Below are positions 28,040-38,034 of a DNA stretch of 64,000 bases, one piece after another. How positions within the stretch are numbered: the stretch's first letter is position 1; every line of letters begins with the position of its first letter. Below the pieces are notes generated by a model that ran no database searches, was not told the origin of the DNA, and was given only the letters and a program-made list of their open reading frames with translations. Source of the stretch: Polyangiaceae bacterium (GTDB lineage: Bacteria > Myxococcota_A > Polyangia > Polyangiales > Polyangiaceae). The position numbers were made by a program, and so were the translations under genes. Where the stretch lies: positions 224,001-288,000 of the forward strand of contig JBILLK010000001.1 of assembly GCA_044376115.1 (NCBI GenBank), given 5' to 3'.

Positions 28040-28276
28040 ATGCTAATCGACGTTTCTCTCCTGCGACGGGCGAAGATCGAAAACGTAGAGCGGTTGGCGA
28101 AGTCCCTCGGGGTGGATGCACCTCGGCGCAAGCGTGACTCCGTCTACGCTAATCAGCTGGTCAGTGCGATCGCGACCAAGATTCGGCGCGACGCCATGAT
28201 GGACGAGCTGCGACGGCTAACCGGCCTCAGCGCCACCTTGAGCCGGCCCTCCATCACCACCACCAACTTCCGCTGA
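28040..28276 (+). CDS. Small basic hypothetical protein (78 aa)
   Basis: ATG 28040 inside the 27716..28276 ORF; fills the gap between dusB and the methyltransferase; promoter-like sequence upstream and terminator downstream. Confidence 0.65.
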   Translation: MLIDVSLLRRAKIENVERLAKSLGVDAPRRKRDSVYANQLVSAIATKIRRDAMMDELRRLTGLSATLSRPSITTTNFR

Positions 28277-28331
28277 GTTCGCTGACCGCGTCGAGCGGTC
28301 ACTCCACCGGGAGGTGGGCCAGCCCGAAGAA

Positions 28332-28369
28332 GAAGCCTGTGAGCTCCCCTCGCAGGCTTCAGGTTTTTT
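28332..28369. terminator. Probable intrinsic terminator between convergent genes
   Basis: GAAGCCTGTGAG-CTCCC-CTCGCAGGCTTC stem, followed by AGG and a T6 run on the plus strand. Confidence 0.7.
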
Positions 28370-30689
28370 CGATGACCCAGACGCCGTTCACGTCGGGCAT
28401 GCGCTCTTCTCGCTCGCCGCTGGCGTCGAAGATGCGCACGTACGGCTCGATGTTCGCCTGATAGCCAGGCTGCAGGTAGCTCGCCAAATCGGCCGGCACC
28501 GCCACTTCGATTGCGCGGTACTCGGGGTCTGATTTGCTGCAGGCCGCGAGCAGACGCTCGAGGTAGCTCGCGCGCGGCAACACCGCACGTTGCTCGCGAA
28601 TTTCGTAGGGGAAGGACGCAGGGCCCCAGGTGTAGGTGGTGAGGAACTCGTACAGGTCCGGCGCCGAGAGACGTACGCGACCGTTGGGCAGCTCCTCAAA
28701 CTCGATCCTGCGCGGCTCGTACGCCTGCGCGAACAGGGTGAAGCCCTGATGCCAGCTCGGGCTCAGGAACTCGAGTTGCTTCGGTTCGTTCGCCGGCATC
28801 ACGCCGTCGCGAATCAGAATGCGACCGCCTTGCTTGAGCGAACGGAAAGCAGCGCCAACCAAAGACTCCACAGCGGCGAGCTGGAAGCGCTGGGGCGGAT
28901 CCCCAACCTCGACGTAGCTGAAGATCTCGTGGAGCACCGAGCAAAAGATCACCGAGCTCACGCTGCGTTCGGGAAACAGGCTGGGCAACTTGAAGGCGTC
29001 GCCATGAACCATCTCGAACCCGACCTCGCGCGTCCCCACGTTTACTTGGTGCGCCGCTACGACCGCGGCGGAGGCATCGAGACCCACGATGCGTGATCCG
29101 GCAAAACGCTCGGCCAAGAGCTCGAGCACGACACCGCCGCCCGGACCGACCTCCACGATCACGCCGGGTTTGACGAAGTCGAGCAGCCGCGCTTTGTCCG
29201 AGCGCGCGGCGTTCATCGTGCTGAGGTAGCTGCTCTCGTTGTTGACGCGATCGAAGTCGTCCTTGCGGAGACCGTAAAGATCACAGAGCGACTTGAGCGT
29301 CTGATGGAAGGCGGCTCCAGGCTTGGTCTCATAGACCGAGAGCAAGGTGAGCAGCGCCTCGGCCTCCTTCTCGATCCGGACCTCACTGGCGATCGCCTGT
29401 TCCCCGCCTTTGGGCGACGGGAAGGAGACGAGCGCTCCGCCGAGATCCCCGCGTAACAGCTGTTCGATCGGCGTGGCAGCGAGCAGCGTCTCGAGCAAGC
29501 GCACCGCGTAGCGCTTTGGCACGCCGCGCTCATCGCGCAGAAAGTCTTTCACCAGGCGCAGGTCCAAGTGCCACGGTCGGCTGAAGTCGATGTTGGCGGC
29601 TGTCGCTCGCCCGGTGAGGTTGACGATCAGCCGCAGTGCAGCGTCCAAGCTGAGCGCGCCCAGCGTCGGCTCGGCGTACCAAACGCGGCAGCGAGCCAGT
29701 CGCGCTTCGATCGCACTTCGACTCCCGGCGAGCTTCTGCAACGCCAGCTCGACGTCGTGAGGAGCTTCGCTCGTCATCAGCGCGCCGCCACGCATGCGCG
29801 CGACTCGTTCGGCCAAAGAAGTACGGCCGCTGCTCCCAGCGCTGGCTGCATAAAGGATCGCCCGTTCCTCAGTCGCAAAGGCGTTGGCCAACTCCTCCGA
29901 CCAAAGGCTCGAGCGCACGGCCGTGACCTCGCAGCGGTTGACCAGCGACCAAACGTTGGCGAGCCGTTCACCTCCGTCCGCTTCGCTATTGGCGAACTCG
30001 ACGAGATCCGCAAAAGCATCGCGCCCGACTTCTCCACGCAGCGCCATACCGACGAGACCGCTCGAAGCGCACAGGGTCAGCGCGCGTTCGGCCCATCGCC
30101 CATCTTCGGAGCGCGGAACCTTGCCGAGCACGCGACGCACGACGTCATCAAGAATTGCCGCCGAGTCCTCGTTGTGAACGGTGCCATCCACCCCGAGCCG
30201 TTGTCGCCAAACGCTCTTCTGCTGCGTGGTTCCGCCCTTCGCGACGTCCGAGAAAAGGAGCACGGTGGCGAGCAGAGCGCTGTCTTCGTCCGCAAGGTCG
30301 CCCGCGAGCGAATCGGCAGCGCGCAGTGCACGCAGGGTTCGGTCGAGCAGCGGCGTGCGCGTACCACCCTCCGGGCTGGCTTCATGTTCGTAGGAGGACG
30401 CTTGTTTCGGCTCCACCAAGCCGTGCAGCTCCGGGAGGACCTGACGAATGCGTTCGCCGGCCAAACTGAGCGGCTCATCGGCGCACAGCGCTGCAGCCAC
30501 GAAGGCGTGAAACGGGCTCTGCGTCGCAAAAGCCGCCACATCGAGCTCGTTTTGCCAAGCAACCTGGCCTAACGCGCGCTCCGCCCGTAGCAACGCGGCC
30601 TCGGCCGTCTGCCCGAAAGACCATTCGAAGCGTCGAACAGCCTCGGGTGCGTGGGTCAGGAAGAAGGTTCCGTCGGTCGCCGTGCGCAT
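28359..30689 (-). CDS. Class I SAM-dependent methyltransferase with a long N-terminal extension (degenerate HD-like region)
   Basis: VEVGPGGG motif I, GLDAS, HGDA, IFCSVLHEI and LKQGGRILIRD. Start placed at ATG 30689. Confidence 0.85.
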   Translation of the reverse strand: MRTATDGTFFLTHAPEAVRRFEWSFGQTAEAALLRAERALGQVAWQNELDVAAFATQSPFHAFVAAALCADEPLSLAGERIRQVLPELHGLVEPKQASSYEHEASPEGGTRTPLLDRTLRALRAADSLAGDLADEDSALLATVLLFSDVAKGGTTQQKSVWRQRLGVDGTVHNEDSAAILDDVVRRVLGKVPRSEDGRWAERALTLCASSGLVGMALRGEVGRDAFADLVEFANSEADGGERLANVWSLVNRCEVTAVRSSLWSEELANAFATEERAILYAASAGSSGRTSLAERVARMRGGALMTSEAPHDVELALQKLAGSRSAIEARLARCRVWYAEPTLGALSLDAALRLIVNLTGRATAANIDFSRPWHLDLRLVKDFLRDERGVPKRYAVRLLETLLAATPIEQLLRGDLGGALVSFPSPKGGEQAIASEVRIEKEAEALLTLLSVYETKPGAAFHQTLKSLCDLYGLRKDDFDRVNNESSYLSTMNAARSDKARLLDFVKPGVIVEVGPGGGVVLELLAERFAGSRIVGLDASAAVVAAHQVNVGTREVGFEMVHGDAFKLPSLFPERSVSSVIFCSVLHEIFSYVEVGDPPQRFQLAAVESLVGAAFRSLKQGGRILIRDGVMPANEPKQLEFLSPSWHQGFTLFAQAYEPRRIEFEELPNGRVRLSAPDLYEFLTTYTWGPASFPYEIREQRAVLPRASYLERLLAACSKSDPEYRAIEVAVPADLASYLQPGYQANIEPYVRIFDASGEREERMPDVNGVWVIEKT

Positions 30690-30726
30690 CCCACATTCGT
30701 ATCTGAAAGCGAGGCAGAAAAAACTT

Positions 30727-30751
30727 GGAACAACTTCCAAAAGGCCGTGTC
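30727..30751 (+). promoter_or_regulatory. Putative ECF sigma promoter
   Basis: GGAAC-N17-GTC, about 120 nt upstream of the 30871 ATG. Confidence 0.35.
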
Positions 30752-30870
30752 AGTTCAAAGCGACCGGTTGATGCGAGCAACTCCCGAAGGTCGGGAGTGA
30801 GGCCGCACGGTCCCTGGGTCGAACCCACCGCGAAATCTCGCGAACCACCCCCTTTTCGGAGGCATCCACC

Positions 30871-32385
30871 ATGGCTTCATCGTCCACCCGTTCAATCGAC
30901 AGCAACCTCTTCTCCTCTGCCGCTACGGCTGAAAACCGAGGTAGCTACGCGATGGTTCAGGCGGGCCCGGCCGTGGATCCCGCCGAGGTCGAGACCACCA
31001 CGCTGGCGGTCGAGCTGATCGTCAAGTGGTCCGACACCGTGCTGCACGTGAGCCACATGAGTCCTGCGCGGGCGTTCTCGGTTGGCGAACAAGGCGCTGA
31101 CCTTGCGCTGCCGAGCGCTGCCGGCGAGCTCGCCAAGACCAACGTCGTGAACGTGAGCGCCGCTGGGCCGGTGGCGATGATTCCGGCCGGCGCTGTCGCC
31201 TCGATCGAGGTTGGCGGTCAGAAGCTCGACCTCGCGACCGCCATCGCCAACGGCGTGGCTGCGGCTGACGGCAGCGTGGTGCTCAAGCAGGGCGTGCGGG
31301 TCGAGTTCGAGTTGGCTGGTTGCAGCTTCGAGATCGCTGGTGTGGCCGCGGCCAAGAAGGTCGCTGGCAAAGCTCGCGGCGACGGTCGCGCCTTCGTCGC
31401 ACAGGCCGCGAGCTTCCTGCTTCACGCAGGCATCCTCGGAACCATGTTCGTATTCATGCCGGCGCTCGCCTCCACCGAGGACAACCCGACCAACAACGAC
31501 CAACTCTATCTGCTGCGCGCAATGTTGGACGCCGAGCAGGCCCGCGAACAACAGGAGCAAGAGAAGGTCACGGGCGAGATGGACACGCCCAGCCACGAGT
31601 CCGGAACCGGCGCGCGTTCGCCTGGTGAGGCGGGCAAGATGGGCTCGGAGACCTCCAAGCAGACCAACCGCAAGTACGCGCTCAGCGGTGGTTCCCCCGA
31701 GCGCACGCTCTCCCGCCGCGAGGCCCTCACCGACGCCGAGAACTTCGGCATGGTGGAACTGCTCGGCAACGTGCCTACCTTCGCAAACGCTGGACCGTCC
31801 TCGCCCTGGGGCACGGTCGCCGCGGGCTCCGACCCGATGATGGCGAACGGCAATATGTGGGGCGACATCCTGGGTGAGGCAGGCGGATCGAACGGCCTGT
31901 TCCTCAGTGGCACCGGGGAAGGCGCCGGCGGCAAGTGGAACGGCGTTGGCTTGGGCGACATCGGCACTGTGTTCGGCGGTGCAGGCAACTGCGCTGGCGG
32001 GAAATGCGAAGGAATGGGCGACGGCGTGGCTCGCCTCGGCACCAAGCACCAGGTCGGCAGCCCCAAGGTACGGCCGGCCGGGGCTTCGGTGAGCGGGCGT
32101 CTCCCCGCCGAGGTGATTCAACGCATCGTGCGCCAGAACTTCGGTCGCTTCCGCTCTTGCTACGAGGCCGGGCTGCGCACCAACCCCAACTTGCAGGGTC
32201 GGGTTGCAGTGGCCTTCACCATCGGTCGGGATGGCGCAGTGGCCGGAGCACAGAACGCGGGCTCGGATCTCCCGGATTCTGGGGTGGTGAGCTGTGTGAC
32301 CGGCTCCTTCCGCGGGCTTTCCTTCCCGGCGCCGGAGCAGGGCATCGTCAACGTGACCTACCCCATCTCCTTCTCGCCCAACTGA
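30871..32385 (+). CDS. AgmX/PglI C-terminal (TonB-C-like) domain protein, GltG-like
   Basis: GGAGG RBS; TM helix SFLLHAGIL (TonB-type S-x3-H); Gly-rich linker; GRLPAEVIQRIVRQNFGRFRSCYEAGLRTNPNLQGRV...YPISF. Confidence 0.88.
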   Translation: MASSSTRSIDSNLFSSAATAENRGSYAMVQAGPAVDPAEVETTTLAVELIVKWSDTVLHVSHMSPARAFSVGEQGADLALPSAAGELAKTNVVNVSAAGPVAMIPAGAVASIEVGGQKLDLATAIANGVAAADGSVVLKQGVRVEFELAGCSFEIAGVAAAKKVAGKARGDGRAFVAQAASFLLHAGILGTMFVFMPALASTEDNPTNNDQLYLLRAMLDAEQAREQQEQEKVTGEMDTPSHESGTGARSPGEAGKMGSETSKQTNRKYALSGGSPERTLSRREALTDAENFGMVELLGNVPTFANAGPSSPWGTVAAGSDPMMANGNMWGDILGEAGGSNGLFLSGTGEGAGGKWNGVGLGDIGTVFGGAGNCAGGKCEGMGDGVARLGTKHQVGSPKVRPAGASVSGRLPAEVIQRIVRQNFGRFRSCYEAGLRTNPNLQGRVAVAFTIGRDGAVAGAQNAGSDLPDSGVVSCVTGSFRGLSFPAPEQGIVNVTYPISFSPN

Positions 32386-32455
32386 GCGTGAACGGCGAAA
32401 CCCAAAATCGTTGGTGAGGCGGGGCATGTCTGGAGCCTGACTCCGCACCACCCCG

Positions 32456-32500
32456 GGCCCCGTCATCCAAGCGAGGTGGATGGCGGGGTCGTCTCTATTT
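32456..32500 (+). terminator. Probable intrinsic terminator
   Basis: GGCCCCGTCATCCA-AGCGAGG-TGGATGGCGGGGTC stem of about 14 bp, followed by GTCTCTATTT. Confidence 0.6.
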
Positions 32501-32581
32501 CCGCCGAAGACGAGTCGCAGGCTGCTCGACGAACCACAAGCTGCTAAGGTTCGCGCCCGTTCCATCGAGGAGCCCGAGACC

Positions 32582-34957
<2,376 letters not shown>

Positions 34958-34966
34958 GAGAGAGCC

Positions 34967-36133
34967 ATGGAAGACATCGTCATTGTCGACGCCGTACGAT
35001 CAGCGGTCGGACGTGCCATCAAAGGCTCGCTCGCGCAGAAGCGCCCGGATGAGCTCGCCGGCGAGGTGATTCGCGGTCTGCTCGCCCGTGTTCCCAACGT
35101 CAAACCCGAGCAGGTCGAGGATCTCATCCTCGGCTGCGCTATGCCGGAAGGCGAGCAGGGGCTCAACATCGCACGCGTGGCGGGTTTCCTCGGCGGTCTG
35201 CCCGAGGGCACCAGCGCCATGACCATCAATCGCTTCTGCTCGAGCGGCCTGCAGGCTCTCGCGCTGGGCGCCGGAGCCATCAAGCTCGGGTCGAACGACA
35301 TCGTCATCGCAGGCGGCGTCGAGTCGATGAGCATGGTGCCGATGACCGGCTACAAGCTCTCTGCTTCACCTGAGGCAATGGAGAAGTACCCGGCCGTCTA
35401 CACGCCGATGGGCATCACCGCGGAGAACGTGGCCAAGCGTTTCAACGTGACTCGTCGCGAGCAGGACGAGTTCGCAGCGAATAGCCAAACCAAAGCGATC
35501 GCCGCGCAGAAGGCCGGTCGCTTCGACGCGGAGATCGTGCCCGTCACCGCCCTCACCTTCAACGGCAACGAGCGCGTCTTCAGCGAGTTCAAGGTCGACG
35601 AGATGCCCCGTGAAGGCACCACCGCCGATTCACTCGCGGCGCTCAAGCCGGCCTTTGCGCTCGGCGGCAGTGTCACCGCAGGCAACGCTTCACCGCTCAG
35701 CGACGGCGCTGCAGCGATGCTGCTCGCCACCGACTCCAAGGCCAAGAGCCTTGGGCTTCCGCGGCTCGGCTATCTGCGCAGCTACGTCACCGTGGGCGTG
35801 GATCCGGCCATCATGGGCATCGGGCCGGAGCCGGCCATTCGCAAGCTCGTCGAGCGTTCGGGCATCTCGATGGACAAGATCGATCTGTTCGAGATCAACG
35901 AGGCCTTCGCCAGCCAATGCGTCCACGTGCAGCGCGCTCTCGGTATCCCCAGCGAGAAGCTGAACGTGAACGGTGGAGCCATCGCGCTCGGCCACCCGCT
36001 CGGTTGCACCGGCGCCAAGTTGGTCGCCACCGCGCTGCATGAACTGCGTCGCCGCAAGGGTCGCTACGCTGTCGTCAGTATGTGCATCGGCGGCGGTATG
36101 GGCGCTGCAGGTTTGCTCGAACTCGCGAGCTGA
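34967..36133 (+). CDS. fadA: Acetyl-CoA C-acyltransferase (thiolase)
   Basis: NRFCSSG, NEAF, GHPLG and CIGGG catalytic motifs; AGGAG RBS; operonic with the FadN-type gene. Confidence 0.95.
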   Translation: MEDIVIVDAVRSAVGRAIKGSLAQKRPDELAGEVIRGLLARVPNVKPEQVEDLILGCAMPEGEQGLNIARVAGFLGGLPEGTSAMTINRFCSSGLQALALGAGAIKLGSNDIVIAGGVESMSMVPMTGYKLSASPEAMEKYPAVYTPMGITAENVAKRFNVTRREQDEFAANSQTKAIAAQKAGRFDAEIVPVTALTFNGNERVFSEFKVDEMPREGTTADSLAALKPAFALGGSVTAGNASPLSDGAAAMLLATDSKAKSLGLPRLGYLRSYVTVGVDPAIMGIGPEPAIRKLVERSGISMDKIDLFEINEAFASQCVHVQRALGIPSEKLNVNGGAIALGHPLGCTGAKLVATALHELRRRKGRYAVVSMCIGGGMGAAGLLELAS

Positions 36134-36156
36134 TCGAGCGCATCAACGGTTCATGT

Positions 36157-36192
36157 GCAAAGCCCCTCGGCCAATCGGTCGGGGGGCTTTGT
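36157..36192. terminator. Probable bidirectional intrinsic terminator
   Basis: GCAAAGCCCCTCGGCC-AATC-GGTCGGGGGGCTTTGT hairpin between convergent genes. Confidence 0.8.
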
Positions 36193-36203
36193 GCGTCTGT
36201 GCG

Positions 36204-36773
36204 TTAGCGTGCGGCTTTGCCAAGATCGTCGACCACGTCCGCACAACTCGCCGGGGTCTTGCGCACCTGACTGAAGACACGCTTTGCCTTCGGCTCCACG
36301 CAAGCGACCTTCGTCAGCTTCTTCTCATCCACCCCGAGCGCGATCAAATGATCACCCAGCAGCGCAAGCCAACCCTCTGCGTTCTGCTTGGTCGTCGAAC
36401 GAGTGAGCAAGGTCACGGCCTGTTGCCGGCCGACCAACATCCAGATCATTCCTAGGAACTCACGCTCTTGCGCAGTCAACTTGCGTGGATAACTGCCGAA
36501 GTCGAACTCAACTGCATCCTGAATCAGAGGTTCCGCCGCATTGGCGCTCGCAGCGCCCGACACCGAGGAACTAGCAACGGCGCTCGCTACCAAAGGCGGC
36601 TCCGCAGTAACGGTCGCGCCTGAAACAGGCGCTGATACAGAAGCCGCGATTTCGCCCAACGAGGACTGCGTCGACACGACGGCTTGGGGCTGCTCAGCGG
36701 ATGCCGTGGGACCACACCCGCCAGCGCAAAGCAGACGGGTGACCAAGCCGACGGACAAGAAACGCTGCTTCAT
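36204..36773 (-). CDS. Hypothetical exported/lipoprotein
   Basis: 189 aa; possible lipobox AGG-C; Ser/Ala linker; ATG overlaps the upstream stop. Confidence 0.6.
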   Translation of the reverse strand: MKQRFLSVGLVTRLLCAGGCGPTASAEQPQAVVSTQSSLGEIAASVSAPVSGATVTAEPPLVASAVASSSVSGAASANAAEPLIQDAVEFDFGSYPRKLTAQEREFLGMIWMLVGRQQAVTLLTRSTTKQNAEGWLALLGDHLIALGVDEKKLTKVACVEPKAKRVFSQVRKTPASCADVVDDLGKAAR

Positions 36774-37456
36774 GGCTTCACCAGCCGCGCGTGAACACGC
36801 TGGCGGAAGGCCTCGTTGTCGAGCGCTTCTTCCAACACGAGCAACACCAGCTCGGCGTGACTGAGGTTGCGCAAGGCGACAGCGATGGAAGGCGATGGCG
36901 ACGGTGATACAGCTGGGCTTGCCGAAGCTACAACCGCAGCTGGAGCTGCAACCACCGCGGGCGTTGCGGTAGCCGCTGGTGATGCGACCACCGCGGCCCC
37001 GACCTCGGTGCGAGCCACCTTGGCCAGCTCCGGCCGCGCGCGCGGCTCAGCGCGAGCAACGCTCAACTCTTTGCTCACGGCGCGAACCGGCGGCTCGCTG
37101 CGAGGAGCTTCCAGGTGCGGAGCCTCTTCCACCGGCGGCGCTGGAGGCGTGAAGCCCGACCCGCCAACGAAGGTCAGCGCCAGAGCGACGGCGTGTTTGC
37201 AGAACGCTTGCTCTTGGCCTTGGGGGCAGTTGCATGCGTAGGCCAGGCTGCCCTCGTGCATCCAAATGCGCACGGCATACGGCTCAGAGCCGCGCACCTT
37301 GGCTGTCACGGCGCCTTCCTTGCGCACGATGTCGGTGACTCGCCCCTGCGCGGCATAGGCCTTTCCTCGCTCAAAGGCACCATCCCCGGAGAGCCGGCGA
37401 ATGGTGTCTTGGTGCAGGATGCTGGCGGTCGGCTGAACCATGCCGAAGTCTTGCAT
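36770..37456 (-). CDS. SWIM zinc finger protein
   Basis: FERGKAY...AKVRGSEPYAV...CNCP-x7-CKH motif. Start uncertain. Confidence 0.85.
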   Translation of the reverse strand: MQDFGMVQPTASILHQDTIRRLSGDGAFERGKAYAAQGRVTDIVRKEGAVTAKVRGSEPYAVRIWMHEGSLAYACNCPQGQEQAFCKHAVALALTFVGGSGFTPPAPPVEEAPHLEAPRSEPPVRAVSKELSVARAEPRARPELAKVARTEVGAAVVASPAATATPAVVAAPAAVVASASPAVSPSPSPSIAVALRNLSHAELVLLVLEEALDNEAFRQRVHARLVKP

Positions 37457-37512
37457 ACTCAGCCGTTCAGCTCCAAGCACTGAACGGCCCGTTCGCGCTA
37501 GCCTGGCTGGCC

Positions 37513-38019
37513 ATGAGCATCGTTGGCGCGAGTCGTTGGCTCCTTCTGTTCGTGAGCGCGTGCAGCGCGCCCTCCACCCAACCCGCCACAGCGTCCGCGG
37601 CTGTCGAAGTTGAAGTCAGCAAAGACGCCGACGCCTTCGACGTCGAGCTCGTGAGCGACGCCGAGGACTCCGCAGTCGCTGAGCTCCGTGCACAGCTCGG
37701 TCGCTCGTCAAAACTGAAGCTTGCTGGCGGTGAGGTCGGCAACGACGCGCGCCGGCTCAAACTTCGGTTCTCGGCGGGAGCGCCCAGTACCTCGAGCAAA
37801 GGCCTGCAGCGCGAGCTGAGCCTCACGGGCTACACGCAAGCAGGCGAATGTCAGGTATTCCAGCTCAACCCGAAGTTGACCAAGCCGGGTGGCCGAGCTG
37901 AGGTTGAAAGCGACGTAAAGGAGCTAACACGCGCCGGGATCGAGAACCTGATGTTGACCTTGCATAGCCTATTACCCAAGGTCGGGCCCAACGCTACTTG
38001 CCTATCAACAGGCAAGTAG
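37513..38019 (+). CDS. Hypothetical lipoprotein
   Basis: Lipobox VSA-C; 168 aa. Confidence 0.65.
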   Translation: MSIVGASRWLLLFVSACSAPSTQPATASAAVEVEVSKDADAFDVELVSDAEDSAVAELRAQLGRSSKLKLAGGEVGNDARRLKLRFSAGAPSTSSKGLQRELSLTGYTQAGECQVFQLNPKLTKPGGRAEVESDVKELTRAGIENLMLTLHSLLPKVGPNATCLSTGK

Positions 38020-38034
38020 CAAGAGCCTGGTGAA

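Noticed and set aside
30773..30830. c-di-GMP-I (GEMM) riboswitch
   Set aside because: There is a superficial GCAA-stem-GGCCGCA resemblance, but no GNRA tetraloop, no GCAAAG junction and no closing second stem.
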